A stretch of 64,000 bases of DNA from Malacoraja senta (lineage: Eukaryota), in the NCBI GenBank assembly GCA_038087875.1, contig CM075996.1, positions 6,574,001 through 6,638,000 of the forward strand, read 5' to 3'. Position 1 is the first letter of the stretch. The number at the start of each line of letters is the position of its first letter. The position numbers and the translations under genes are program-made. Positions 13,672-27,424 of the stretch are shown here, piece by piece. The notes under the pieces are model-generated. The model saw nothing but the letters and a program-made list of their open reading frames with translations, made no database searches and was not told the origin of the DNA.

Positions 13672-14151
13672 CCCATCACCCTCTGTGTAAAAAACTTGCC
13701 CCGCACATCTTCATAAAACTTTCTCCCATCTCACCTTATAGCTATGCCCTCTAATGTTCGACATTTCCACACGAAGAAAAAGGTTCTGACTGTCTAATAT
13801 GTTTAAATGAAGTGAATTATAATATTAATGCAAGGCTAAAAAACAAGGTTTAAAACATTAGCTCTTGAAACCCCTCTCGGCTATCCACAAACAGATATGG
13901 GTGCAGCGGCAGAGTTCCTGCCTTATAGCGCCAGAGACCCGGATTCAATCCTGACCATGGGTGCTGTCTGAACAGTTTGTACATTCTCCCCGTGACCGTG
14001 TGAGTTTCTCCTGGTGCTCCTGTTTCCTTCCATACTCCAAAGACATAGAGATTTGTAGGTTAATTGGCTTTGGTAAAAATTGTAATTTGTCCCTATAGTG
14101 TAGGATAGGGCCAGTGTACGGGGATCGCTGGTCGGTGCGGACTCTGTACAC

Positions 14152-15189
14152 TAGGTATGTTACAATACTTACCTTCAGCGGCGCTGTAATTCTGCCACTG
14201 GCCGTGTGCGCGATTTTGGCACCTTTAAGGGGGGGGGGGGAGGTTAAAACGCGGGTTTCTCCTACCTAGTCCTGTATTATATTTCGTTGGAGTACAAGCT
14301 TGTGCTGAAAAATCTTTCCTACGGGCGTTTTGTGTTTTTTTAATTTTTATTAAATCAACAATGTCAGCGCTGGAGTTATTTTAAAATCAGCTTCGAAAGC
14401 CGTCAACGCCGACGGATTTCACACACGGGACAGGTAAACGAAAGTAGTTTATTTTTTTGTATAAAAGTGCTTCTTAAGAAGCCTTTAATTCATATTTTTT
14501 AATGCGAAACGGTGATTCTTTCCCCCGAACTAACGGCAGAATTTTTCATGCCGATACGGGGTTAAATTCACCGCAAATCAACGTTCCAAATGATCGCGTT
14601 CCAGAAAACCTCACTCGCAAGATGATTTAAATGGCCATTAATTTACAAGTATTAAACATTCAATTCCTTCCATTTGGCCTGTAAATCCATGACAATGAAA
14701 TTAAAAAATTATGTTATATTGTGAATTCTTGTGTGAATGTTATTTGGACACGTAGGCTATTTTAAAATGTTAATCTATTCTTAAGAAATTGATAGATGTT
14801 TAGATCTAGTAATTGAATTTTGTAATTAGCTACAATTAGGTAATTAACTAATTATATGCTTTAATTTCATGTCATCTAAGTAAGATTGTTTCATATTTGT
14901 TTCAGAATGCTTAAATCTATAATAACTGAAATTTTCTTTCAGTTCTCTTAATTTTTAAGAAAGTTATGGGCTTTTGACTGTCCTCGATCACAGCTTTTGT
15001 GTTAAGTCAATGGAAAAGCAATAGGGAACAAAATGCTAATTTCCGAGTATGAAAATGACCATAACTTTTTTTAATACTGAAGATATGAAAGTGAATTAGG
15101 TGTCAAATTAAACTTCTTTTTATGCTTTATCTGATGGGATAAATTGCAGACTTTATTTTTTTAAATCTCAAAATTTTGTAACATTGCTA
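14152..15189. mobile_element. Possible AT-rich non-autonomous DNA transposon (hAT-like TAG...CTA ends)
   Basis: Imperfect TIRs TAGgtATGTTACAA / TAGcaATGTTACAA. It truncates a SINE. No convincing TSD. Confidence 0.45.
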
Positions 15190-15239
15190 CATACACACAG
15201 TTGGCATTGGTTTATGGTGGTCACGTGTACCAAACTTAC

Positions 15240-15476
15240 AGCCGTGATAGGAAGCGGGTGAACCACCCACTTTGCCGCACTCATCCGACTGGCTGGTGGA
15301 GAGGTTTGGGTGGCTGGAGCCTCGGCCGAACATTATCTGGTTATTGCTGCCTACTCCTGTCGTCACACTCGACATCCGTTCCTTTGTCTTCAGTGCGTGA
15401 CTGCGCTCGACCCGAAGCCGCTCGTCGTCCTTCAGTAATGCAATGAGCTGTTTCGACTTCTCCCTCACATTGACAC
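15240..15476 (-). CDS. EPN2-like: Epsin coding exon 2 (GVNVREKSKQLIALLKDDERL...FGRGSSHPNLSTS...GGSPASYHG)
   Basis: ENTH C-terminal helix plus an EPN2-type linker. ccAG acceptor, GTAAGT donor, phase 1-1, in frame with the previous exon. Confidence 0.95.
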
Positions 15477-17959
15477 CTGGTTGTGGGAATTGATTGCCAT
15501 AAGTCAGTGCAATTAAGTAACCAACATGGAATCATTAAAGGAGACCAATCTGTTTTAATTATTTGAGGTTATGATTAAATGAATAGTACAAGTAGATGTG
15601 GTGTATTTGGTTTATGGAAGGCTTTGGATGAGGTCTTACACAGTACGTTGATCAGCAATGTTTGAGTACATGGAATCACAGATAATATAATGACGTGGAT
15701 TAAGAATTAATTATCAGACAGATAGCAAAGGTTGGGGATGAGAGGATCCTTCTCAGGTTAGCAGGATGTGACCAGTGAGAAACCACAAGGATTGAAGCTT
15801 GGGCTCCAGCTTTTCACAATCTGGATCAATTATTTGATTGCAGTTGGCTACACAGGGCGCAGCGGTAGAGTTGCTGCCTCACAACGCCAGAGACCCGGGT
15901 TCGAACCTGAAAACGGGCGCTGTCTGTACAGAGTTTGCACGATCTCCCCGTGACTGTGTGGGTTTTCACCGGGAGCTCTGATTTCCTCACACATTCCAAG
16001 ACATTAAGGTTTGTAGGCTGAATGGCTTCTGTAAATTATCACAAGAGTGTAGGATAGAACCAGTGCATGAGGGTGATTTTTGGTCAGCGTGGACTCGGTA
16101 GCTCGAATGACCTGTTTTCACGCTGTTTCTCTAAAGTAAAACTATTTGAGTCATAGAATCATACATAAAAGCACAGAAACTGGCTCTTCAGCCCAAATCC
16201 CATTTGGCCCAGATTCTTCTAAACCTTTAAACTGTAGAAGGGTCCCGACTCGAAACGTCACCCATCCTTTTTCTCCAGAGATGCTGCCTGACTCGCTGAG
16301 TTACTCCACCACTTTGTGTCTATCTTAGGGAAATGGTGTGTTGACTTTCATAATGAGAGGATTTGTAGGGACAAGGATAAAATACCTTAGTTCAATTATG
16401 CAAGGACTTGGTGAGATTGTACCTGAACGATCGTGTATAGTTTTCGAGTCTTTATCCAGGAAAGAATATACTTGTCCTGGACGGTTGCAGAGCGTGGTTC
16501 CAGGGATGGAGGGTTTTATGTAGGAGCAGAAACCAAGGAGACTTCAAAAGTTTATAGAAATTTCATCAAAAAATGTACATTCTTTGGGGTCTTGTCAGCT
16601 GGATGCAAAGAAGAGATTTTCCTCAGCTGAGGAGTGTAGAACCAGGGGCACTGTCAGAGAATAAAGGATCAATTTAGGACACAGCTAAATATAAAATGTC
16701 TTCAGTCTGTGGTGCTTTTTGGAATTTGCTAGCCAGTCAGGCTGCAGAAGTTGAGTCATTGCGTCTGTTCATAACACAGCTTGATAATTTTCAAGATATT
16801 AAATGAATCAGAGATATGAGGCTAGTGCCAGTAAATTGTGCTGAGTAAAAGATCAACTGTGATCGTAATTAGGGCAGCACAGTGGTAATGTTGCTGCCTT
16901 ACAGCGCTAGAGACCCAGGTTTCATCCTGACTACGGGTGCTGTCTGTGTGGAGTTTGTATGTCCTCCCTGTGACCACGTGGATTTTCTCCGGGTGCTCTG
17001 GTTTCCTTTCACACTCCAACGCTGGACAGGTTTATAAGTTAATTGGCTTTGGTAAAAAATGGTAAATTCTCCCTTGTGTGTAGGATAGTGCTAATGTCTG
17101 GGGCCAGATAGCCGGCACAAATTCGGTGGGTCGAAGGACTTGTTTCTGCGCTGTATTTCTAAATTAAAGTCTAAAGTAATGAGTGGTCCAGTGGCCTTTG
17201 GCCTACTATTTGTCCAGCTCTGTTAATTAGACCTGCCAAGAGGATGAAAAAGAAATTTTGTATCAGTCTAACAAAATTTGAAGGTAGTACTTCCTGCAAT
17301 GGTTCAGGAAGCTTTTCAAAGACAGTTTAAAAATAACCCACATATAACAAGCTCTCATCGACAGGAGCTACAGAAAGCACATAGAACTTTCAGCATCTGA
17401 TAGGGTGCAACAGGTCTACTGAGCTTTAGTTCATTAATCTAAACGGATGTTTTTTTTTAATGTTGGCATCCAGGTGCTGCAGGCAAGACTGACATTTATT
17501 ATCTTTCCCTAGATGCCCCAGAGAAGGTAGTGTTGAGAAGCTTCTTTAAAACATCAGTAGTCCCTGTGCTGAAGGTATTCCTGCAATGCTATTACTTGGG
17601 AGGTTTCAAGACATAGACCCAGCAACAGTAAAGAACTGGCCACACATTTCTGAGTTAGGATGGTGTGAGACTTCAAGGGGAATCTGCAGGTAGTGGTATT
17701 CCTGCTGTCCTTGGTCTTCTTGGCGGTGCAGGGAAGGAGAGAGGGCGGGACAATGACGATTCACACTGTGCCACCCCTAGGAGACTGTAATTCCCTGGCT
17801 AAGCAACATCTCCTGCGCATGCCACTGATGAAGAACAACCAAAGCCTGTGGACAGACATGGATGTACTTATGGAAGTAGATGAGCAGGGTGAAAATTAGC
17901 AACACAGATCTACAATCCAAAATATGAACAGTGATTTTAGATAGTGTTCAACTGGTTGT

Positions 17960-18430
17960 AAATAGACAATAGACACAGGAGTAGGCCATTCGGCCCTTCG
18001 AGCCAGCACCGCCATTCAATGTGATCATGGATGATCATCCCCAATCAGTACCCCGTTCCTGCCTTCTCCCCATATACCCTGACTCCGCTATTTTTAAGAG
18101 CCCTATCTAGCTCTCTCTTGAATGTATCCAGAGCACCTGCCTCCACCGCCCTCTGAGGCAGAGAATTCCACAGACTCACCACTCTCTGTGAGAAAAAGTG
18201 TTTCCTCGTCTCCGTTCTAAATGGCTTACTCCATATTTTTAAACTGTGGCCCCTGGTTCTGGACTCCCCCAACATCAGGAACATGTTTCCTGCCTCTAGC
18301 GTGTCCAAGCCCTTAACAATCTTATATGTTTCAATGAGACAACCTCTCATCCTTCTAAACTCCAGAGTGTACAAGCCAAGCTGCTCCATCCTCTCAGCAT
18401 ATGACAGTCCCGCCATCCCGGGAATTAACA
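17960..18430 (-). mobile_element. CR1 LINE 3' fragment
   Basis: LGLYTLEFRRMRG...WNSLP motifs plus 3' tail. Confidence 0.85.
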
Positions 18431-18479
18431 AATCCATGAATTGAATGTAACTATAAACCTGACTTTGGGTGCAGGATAA

Positions 18480-19752
18480 GTGTCATGAGGATGCCATCTC
18501 TCTGGCTCTTCACACTGTCCTGACTCACCTGGAAAGACAGGGCACGTACGTGAGGATGCTCTTCATAGACTATAGCTCTGCCTTCAATATGGTCATCCCC
18601 ACCACGCTCACCACCATACTCCACCAGCTAGGCCTCAGCTCGCCGATATGCGATTGGATCCTGAATTTTCTGACGGAGAGACCGCAGGCAGTGAGACTGG
18701 GCCCGCACCTGTCCTCCACTATCACCCTGAGCACCAGCACACCACAGGGCTGTGTACTGAGCCCCATGCTCTACTCCCTCTTCACACACGACTGTGTTCC
18801 TGCATTCAACACCAACACCATCGTCAAGTTTGCAGACGACACAACGGTGATCGGGCTGATCACCAACGGTGATGAAACAAAATACAGAGCGGAGGTGCAG
18901 AACCTGGTGGACTGGTGCTCACGTAACAACTTGTCACTAAACACCTCCAAGACCAAGGAGCTGATTATCGACTTCAGGAGATCACAGAATGGGGAATACG
19001 CCCCAATCTCCATCTATGGGGACAGTGTGGAGAGTGTCTAGCTTTAAGTTTCTGGGCACTCACATCACAGAGGACCTCACATGGTCCACCAACACCGCTG
19101 TGCTGGTCAAAAAGGCACAGCAACGACTGTTCTTCCTGAGAACTTTGAAAAGGACTGGTCTGCTCCAACAGCTGCTGACAACCTTCTACCGCTGCACGAC
19201 AGAGAGCATACTAACGTATGGCATCTCTGTGTGGTATCTCAGCTGCACGGAGGCAGAGAGGAGAGCTCTTCAGCGCGTCGTCCACCGAGCGCAGAAGATT
19301 ATTGGGACACCGCTACCAGCCTTGGAGGCCATCTACCACACACGGTGCCTCAGGAAGGCCGTCAGCATCCATAAAGACTCCTCACACCCTTGTAATGGAC
19401 TGTTCGAACTACTTCCTTCCGGCAGACGTTACAAGGCCTTCTACGCCCGCACCTCCAGACTCAGGAACAGCTTCATCCCCAGAGCTATAGCGGCTCTGAA
19501 CCAGCCCTGCTGAGTGCCCCCCACCCCCATGAACTGTCTCCCTCGGATGGTCACGTCGCACAGACACATCTGCACTTTAGTCTGTTTTGACCGTTTTACT
19601 GTTTAATGTTCTTTTTACAAACCATGTTCTCGGGGTATCTAAATCTAAATTTTATTAGTGATTTAAGTTATGACGTCGGATGGAAGCTGCATACCCAAAT
19701 CTCGTTGCACCTATGTGCAATGACAATAAAAGATATTATTATTATTATTATT
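18480..19752 (+). mobile_element. 5'-truncated Rex1/Babar LINE (RT C-terminal half, one frameshift)
   Basis: FIDYSSAFN and KFADD motifs; caatgacaataaa followed by a (TAT)n tail. Confidence 0.88.
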
Positions 19753-21070
19753 TTTAGAAAAATATACCTGACGATTGAACTCAGAAGGAGCGATGGTGGG
19801 TGTGATATCTGAGCAGTTCAGTATGATGACTAAAAATTGCAAATTGTTGAAATACTCCACCACAGTATATCAACTTATATCACCCCAGTATATCAACTCC
19901 TATAACATACCATGCTACATAACTGAATCATTGTTAAGTATATAGAATATATTTTAAAGGCGGAGGCTGAAGCACACTGAAAAAGCACAATTTTCACCAT
20001 CAACTGTAGAAGAGCCTTAACCACTACGTAGTTTTCTGATATTACTGTTCCTTCTCCTCCTATTGGTGCTTGTTTCAGCTGTCTAGTACTTTAGACTTTT
20101 CAGATACGGCGCAGAAACAGGCCCTTCAGCCTACCGAGTCTACACCGAGCAGTGATCACCCCTGCACTAGCTCTATCCTACACACTAGGGACAATTTTCA
20201 GAAGACAAACCTGCATGTCTTTGGCATGTGGGAGGAAACCGGAGCACCCGGAGAAAACCCACGTGGTCACAGGGAAAACGTACAAACTCCGTACAGAGAG
20301 CATCTGTAGTCAGGATCAAACCCAGATCTCTGGTGCTGGTGTAAGGCAGCAATTCTACCGCTGCACCACGCTGCCACCCGTCTAGTACCTAGAACCAAGT
20401 GCCTAAATTGGTCTCTCTAGACATTTTGTGTCTTAAAGATTTTCACACAAATATGACCAAGACACATGGGGAATGTGGCAGCTTGGAAGGCATAGAGACT
20501 TTGACCCACTGGTACCGAAAGCACTCCTCCTCCTGGAGCTATCTCTCCATGAATCAATGGAATTAGCCGATAATGACCAGCTGTTTGGGCAGATCTATTA
20601 TGAACATTGTAGAAGTCTATCTGGTTGGACATTAGTCTTTAACCTAGCAACACCCCTGTTCATTCTAAATAATGCAGAAACAAATACAGTGGAACCCACA
20701 CAACGCCTTTCCTTTCTTTGCTCTCCCACCAAAGGAACATAGTTTGGTTTAACTTATTTTAGTTTAGGGATAGAGCATGGAAACAGGCCCTTTGGCCCAC
20801 TAAGTCCATGCTGACCTCTGATCATATGCTATTTTTCACATTCTCTGATTACGTCAAATAATATTGGAATGAGAGTATTCAACTTTAACAATCACAAATA
20901 CCAAGCTGCTACATTCTGTGTAATATTAACAAGGCCCTTATTACAGCTGTGGTCAGGAGTTGCATTCTCACCACAGGCATCTCAGAGCCACGACTCGGAT
21001 GAGTTCCATTAAGTCTCAAACCACCAAATATCTGACGACACCCCACGGCATTTAAAGACTGTGCTCTGGA

Positions 21071-21393
21071 GTTTAGTTTTTTAGTTTAGAGATACAGCGC
21101 GGAAACAGGCCCTTCGGCCCACCGAGTCCGCGCCGACCAGCGATCCCCGCACATTAACAGTATCCTACACACACTAGGGACAATTTACAAATATACCAAT
21201 CCAATTAGCCTACATACCTGTACGTCTTTGGAGTGTGGGAGGAAACCGAAGATTTAGGTGAAAACCCACGTGGTCACGGGGAGAATGTACAAACTCCGTG
21301 CAGACAGTACCCATAGTCGGGATCGAACCCGAGTCTCCGGCGCTGTAAGCACTGTAAGGCAGCAACTCTACTGCTGTGCCACCGTGCTGCACC
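21071..21393 (-). mobile_element. tRNA-derived V-SINE, HE1-like, full length
   Basis: Reverse complement of the same family. Other copies at about 4822, 9450, 13900, 15855, 16870, 20090, 21672, 42240, 55590, 55985, 62945 and 63500. Confidence 0.85.
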
Positions 21394-23053
21394 AAGTGTT
21401 TTGATAGTGGACAGGCAGAGAATTCAGTCCACTTAGTCAGGCCACCTTTCTAAAATTATTCAGCACAAAAAAAAGTATTCAAAAGTGTAAATTTAACATT
21501 TTAGTGAGTTGTTCAAATTTGGCTTGTGGGTTCTGAACTACACCAGTGTTATCTTATCTATCTGCAACAGCCACCAAAGAGCAGCGATCATTAGGATCGA
21601 TAAGATGTCTGCATCAGTGAGTTTGAACTAAACTAGGCCAGGCACAAATATTAGGCAATATCAAATATATTTGGGGCGGCTCAGTGGCGCAGCGGTAGAA
21701 TTGCTGCCTTACAGCGCCAGAGACCCAAGTTCAGTCGTGACTACGGGTGCTGTCTGTACGGAGTTTGTACGTTCCCCCTATGACCACGTGGTTTTCCTCC
21801 GGCTGCTCCGGTTTCCTCCCACACTTAAATGTAGTCACTCGTGTACGGAATGAGTGCTGGTCAGCGCGGACTCAGTGTTTCCGCGCTGTATATCTGAAGT
21901 CTAATAACTAAAATTGGCATTGTTTGCTTGCCCTCAAGTGCGCCACCACTCCCAACCTGTGTACCGCAAGCAGTAGCAGTGCCCGATACAGGGTCACTAT
22001 CACAAGGAGCATTGTAGAGAATATTATAACCAGGGTAATGGTGTTCCTGCTTTGACATGCACTTTCCAAAATATAAAATTGGACCTTCCCTCCTCTAGTC
22101 CAGTCACGCCAAGGTCAATAACACACCTCAATCAGCTGGCACAACACAACTTTGCAATAGACTGCATACATAGAACAGCTCAGCACAGAAACAGGCCCTA
22201 CAGCACACAATGCCTGTCCCAAACATGATGCCAAGCTCATCTCATATGCCTGCACATTATTCCCTGCATATCCCCATGTGCCTATCCAAAGCCTCTTAAA
22301 TGCCACTATTGTATGTGACTCCACCACCAACCCCAGTAGCGGGTTCCAGGTACCAACCACTGTGTAAAAAAAAATGTCCCCAGCACATCTCCTTTAAACT
22401 TTGCCCCTCTCACCTCTAGTCTTTGACATTTCCACCGTGAGAAAAGGGTTCTGACTGTCCACCCTATCTATGCCTCTCATAATTTGATAAACTTCTTTCA
22501 GGTGCCCCCTCAACCGTTGACGCTTCAGAGAAAACTATTCAGGTTTAACCAAACTCTGCTTATAGCGAATACCTTCTAATTCATGCAGCATTCTGCTGTC
22601 TGAAAAAGGATTGCAACCCGAAACGTCACCCATCCTTTTTCTCCAGAGATGCGGCTAGACCCGCTGAGTTACTCTAGCGATTTGGGGTTTTTTCTTTAGC
22701 ATTCTGCTAAATCTCTTCTGCACCCTCTCCAAAGCCTCCACATCCTTCCTGTAATCAGGCAACCAGAACTGCACACAATACTCCAAACGCAGCTTAACCA
22801 AAGTCCAAGAAAGCGTGACATGACTTCCTGACATGCTCAACGCCTTGACTGATGAAGGCAAGAATAACATATATCTTCTTTACCACTCTATCTGCTTCTG
22901 TTGTCACTTTCAGGGATCTGTGGACATGGACCCCAAGATCCCCCTGTACATCAATGCATGAACTGGTTCATCACTCTTTGATGAAAGTCACTCAACCACC
23001 CCTAAAACTCGAGCTTATTATTGCAGATAAATCACAAATAGATATTTCATTAC

Positions 23054-23411
23054 CCTGATCCCTTCCGTCCCGATCAATATACTGGAAGTCCTTCAGCGTC
23101 TGAATGGCAAAGATGTTTTCCTTGCACTGTTGTGCTACCCGCTCCGAGCCAGTCTTGATCAGGTAGTCCATCAACATCAGAGCCTTGTACACATGACGCC
23201 AGTTTTTGCCGTGGTCATTGAGGCGTTTCCAGATCATGCTCATAATCTCCGAGAATGCCACCACGTTGTAGGTCAGGTCGGAGATTTCTGCCATCAGGGA
23301 GCTCGAGGGACCCCAGGGATCATTTGACGTGGCCTCCCGTACTTTTATCTCAGCTTCAGAATAATTGTTTACAATGTTTTTCATCTGTCTTCGAAGGGAC
23401 GAGGACGTCAT
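23054..23411 (-). CDS. EPN2-like: Epsin, first coding exon (ENTH domain residues 1-119, MTSSSLRRQMKNIVNNYSEAEIKVREATSNDPWGPSSS...DFQYIDRDGRDQ)
   Basis: Unmistakable ENTH sequence. Kozak-like gtcaccATG at 23411, phase-1 GT donor after 23054, acceptor tgttttcgtattccag upstream (exon starts at 23614 including UTR). Orthology may be ENTHD1 (see findings). Confidence 0.96.
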
Positions 23412-26400
23412 GGTGACTGCTGTAGCGTTTGTTTTTCTTCCACCCACTCTGCTGCGGGTTCCTTTCAGCTGCTAGGTCTTTACAGCTTTAGCAATTTCTC
23501 TGCAGGAACACGTTACACTGTTTCAGCCCGACTGAAGCTCCATCTTGTCCCAACAGGTGTTCGTTCAGCAACTTTGCTCTGCTGATAATTCCACCATTTT
23601 CACATATCCAACACCTGGAATACGAAAACAAGGGGTTTAGTCAGTGGAATGCTTCTGTGAACGTTCCTGACAACTTTTTGTCTAATGCTATGCATGTCCT
23701 ACTTATTTACCTTCCTCTATCCTCACTACATTGAAATCATAGCTTGTCCTCCTCCAATTTAAGTTTCTCCCAACACTTTAAATACATAACCTGCCACCGC
23801 CAAGCTAAAAAAACAACCTTGACATTGCCGGAAACGTGAATTGATTTCACTTTTAAAACCTAGCCAGTAAACCTGGCCACTCGTCTCAGTTTTTCTTAGT
23901 TAAATAGACATGAGGAAATAATGTACTCCACTGGTAACTTGAAACATTGCCTGATAGATCTTGGTGAACAAGGCTGAAGAACTTTATGCTGCAATACTCT
24001 AAAGACCTATGCTGTCAGGTGACATAACAGGCAGGGCATTAAATGAATAGTTTAGAAAGCATTTCACCGTCTTTATCCAGAATAACGCAATCCAAAATGC
24101 ACCTATTTTATTGGGAATACTTTAAATTTGATACAAAAGTACAAGGTTCATTTATAAGTTACCAAGTACTGAAATGCCCTAGGGTTTACCAATGTTATAC
24201 AGATTAACATAAAACAAACAGTCGGACAAATTCAGCAGGTCAAGCAGCATCTGTGGAAGGAAATGGTAAGAGGCTGCAGATGCTGGAATCCAAAGAAAGA
24301 AAACAGCTGGAGGAACTCAACGGGTCAGGCAGCATCTGTGGAGGATAATAGTAAGAGTCAGCAGATGCTAGAATCCTAAGAATAAACACAAACTACTGGA
24401 GGAACTCAGCGGGTTAGGCAGCATCAACAAAGGGAAATGCAAGAGACTAGAGTTTCTCCTCCAGCAGTTTGCTCAAGATTCCAATATCTGCAGTCTCTTG
24501 TGTTTTCATTATACAGATTAACATTGTGAAACACAATGTAAGAACTCGATCACCAGATTTTCATAAATGCTTAATGTCTTCTGAAATCCTTTTTTCAAAT
24601 GACCATCTTTCTCGAGTCAATGCTCAAAATATAAAATAAATTACTCATTTCACATTATTAATTTATCCAGCGGTTGGTGTGGAATGGATGGGTGGAATGG
24701 TCTGTTTCTGTGCTGTATCTCTCTATGAGACATTAACTACCATTTTTAATTTAAAACCTACACCAGGTGAAGTTATTGTACTCACCGTTGACTTCAGTTT
24801 TTGCTTCCAATTTTTAAATAGCTGCAATATCTTGGCTCTGGATAAAAATCTAAGTCGCACACAAATCATGCAATTTGTACCAATTACATTCTTGCCTCTT
24901 TCTTCCATCCAACAAAGAAAACTACAAAGAATTATATTTTAGTTCTGTCCCAAAGGAAAGTTCTACAATGTCAAGGAATTTATAATGGCACTCTGTCAGT
25001 CAAAAAAATGTGGTATCCTTTCTGCAGCCTGATCTTTAAATGAATCCAGCATTCTTAGGAATAAAACTGCACCACCCAGCCTCAAAATGCACGCTGACCT
25101 ATATTCTAATCATATGTATTGCAACATTCCAACAACATCTGCCTGACCACAAGCAGCACCATAGGACATTATTTTTAGCTTCCAAGATTCTGTTACTGTA
25201 CTTGAAACAAATATATTTCAGGGTAATGGAGAAAATGCAAGGGTGTGGGACAGATAAATCTGTGCTGGGTCATTTTATAAGCATAGATGTAAACCATCAA
25301 AACGTAAGTTAAGATGGAGCCTAAAATTTACAAGGCATTTACAAATGTGTCTTGTAATTAGTATAGATCTCAAACCAGCTACCTTTCTAGCATGGCTCTG
25401 TCAAGGCCCAATCTCATTCACTGAGCCAAGATGGTGCACATATGGTGATCCTTATTGCCAAGTTCAGTCAATTAAAGAGGTACAAGAAGGGAGATACATT
25501 TTGCAAACCTTCAGTACAAAGCTGACTTTTCTTTTGAAAATGAATAATTTTCACAAATGCCAATTCTATTTTTGCATTGTTGCATATTTCAGGCTCTAGG
25601 TTCTGTATATTAACAACCAACATGCAGACTGTATATTAACAACCAACATGCAGAATTCCTTCTCTCCATAGATGCTGCCTCACCCACTGAGTTTCTCCAG
25701 CATTTTGTGTCCGCCTGCAGACTACTATCTCCAGTTGCTTTACCGAGTCACAAAATTGTATAGGAAGGAACTGCAGATGCTGGTTTACACCGAAGATAGA
25801 CACAAAATGCTGGAGTAACTCAGGGGGACAGGCACCATCTCTGGAGAAGGAATGGGTGACGTTTTGGGTTGAGTCCCCTCTTCAGCGTGAAGAAGGGTGT
25901 CGACCCGAACGTCACCCATTCCTTCTCTCCAGAGATGCTGCCTGAGTTACTCCAGCATTTTGTGCCCATCACAGGATTGTATACGTGAAGTAAAGTAGAG
26001 CTATCACTCCACTGCAGAAATAAGCGAGAAAGCACACAATCTTAGATCCTCTGGATTCAGAGCTAAACAAATATCAACATAAAAGAGAGCCACAAATCGA
26101 AATGAGCAATGTTCATTTAAAAGCAGTGAATATTAAGCCTTATGCAGCAGTCACATGAAGTACAGGCATCAATGTGGATCAGGCTGATGCATTATCTTAA
26201 CCAGATATTTGTTCGACAGGATATACAAAAGTTAGAAAAAAACTTGCAGACTGCAATATAATCAGAAGATTCTAAATTAAAACCATACGACTCAATGTTT
26301 GCCTGCCAAGGATACTAAATAACTACACTATAGAGCTTAGATGGATACAAAGTGCTGGAGTAGCTCAGCGGATCAGACAGCATCTCTGGAGAAAATGGAG

Positions 26401-27424
26401 AGGTGACATTTTGGGTCGGGACCCTTCTTCTGTCTAAAAAAGGCCCCTGACCCGAAACACCACCTAGCCATTTTCTTCAGCGATGTTGTCTAACCCGTTA
26501 AGTTACTCCAGCATTTTGTGTCTATCTTTGGTATAGACCAGCATCTGCAGTTCCTTTTTATTAAACTCCAGAGCTTATTAGTTTGTCTCGGTACACGTGA
26601 CAATAATAAACCGATACCAATTCAGCTAATTGCAATGCCATGAATTTAGGGGGAAGAAATTAGTTTCACCATGGCATTGGGTCACGTTGTTGAGAGCTAC
26701 TTCAGAGCAGATACTTATTTAGTACAGTAGCAAATTATACCGTGAAATATCTATGGATATGCAACGCAGAGGGAGATGATAAGATTCAGCTTCTATAGTT
26801 GAATGACATTCAGTATCATCAGTGTCCTCTGCCATAAGATCAATAACTGGCAATCATCAGCATCTTAAATGAGCTGGAGAATCAGCCACAAAAGAAACAC
26901 CAATGAACGTCATTCACAAGTGTGAAATGAAATTTGTTCTATAACATTAGTAAACCTCCTGCATATCGCAGCCAATGTATAATTCTCAATACCCATGCTG
27001 CAATTAACCAACGCCACCTAACAGACAACTCATCCAACCATCTATCTCACAATTGTTTCTGGATATTACTAATCTAGAATTATCTGTAGTTTTCCTGCAT
27101 TGCAGCCACAACACTCCAATTATTAGTTCATTGGTAGAAGCAGTTCACAGCAGTTATCCAATTACCAAGTGGTATAAAGATGACCTATTTCTTCCTCTTA
27201 GCACTCATTGTCAACCATTTAGTCAATCGATGAAATCCATACCTGACCTTTGCCTACCTGAATTAAATTACACACACATTTATTGCTTCAATGCCTAGAA
27301 TGCTTCCAAGCCGTCACTAAATGCCACACCTCTCAAAAGTACAGTATGTTCTCCTTTGCTGGGTGACCAAGTCATTCAGCATTGGCCAAAGTAGTGGTCA
27401 ATAAAGTAAAATAATTCAAGAGTC

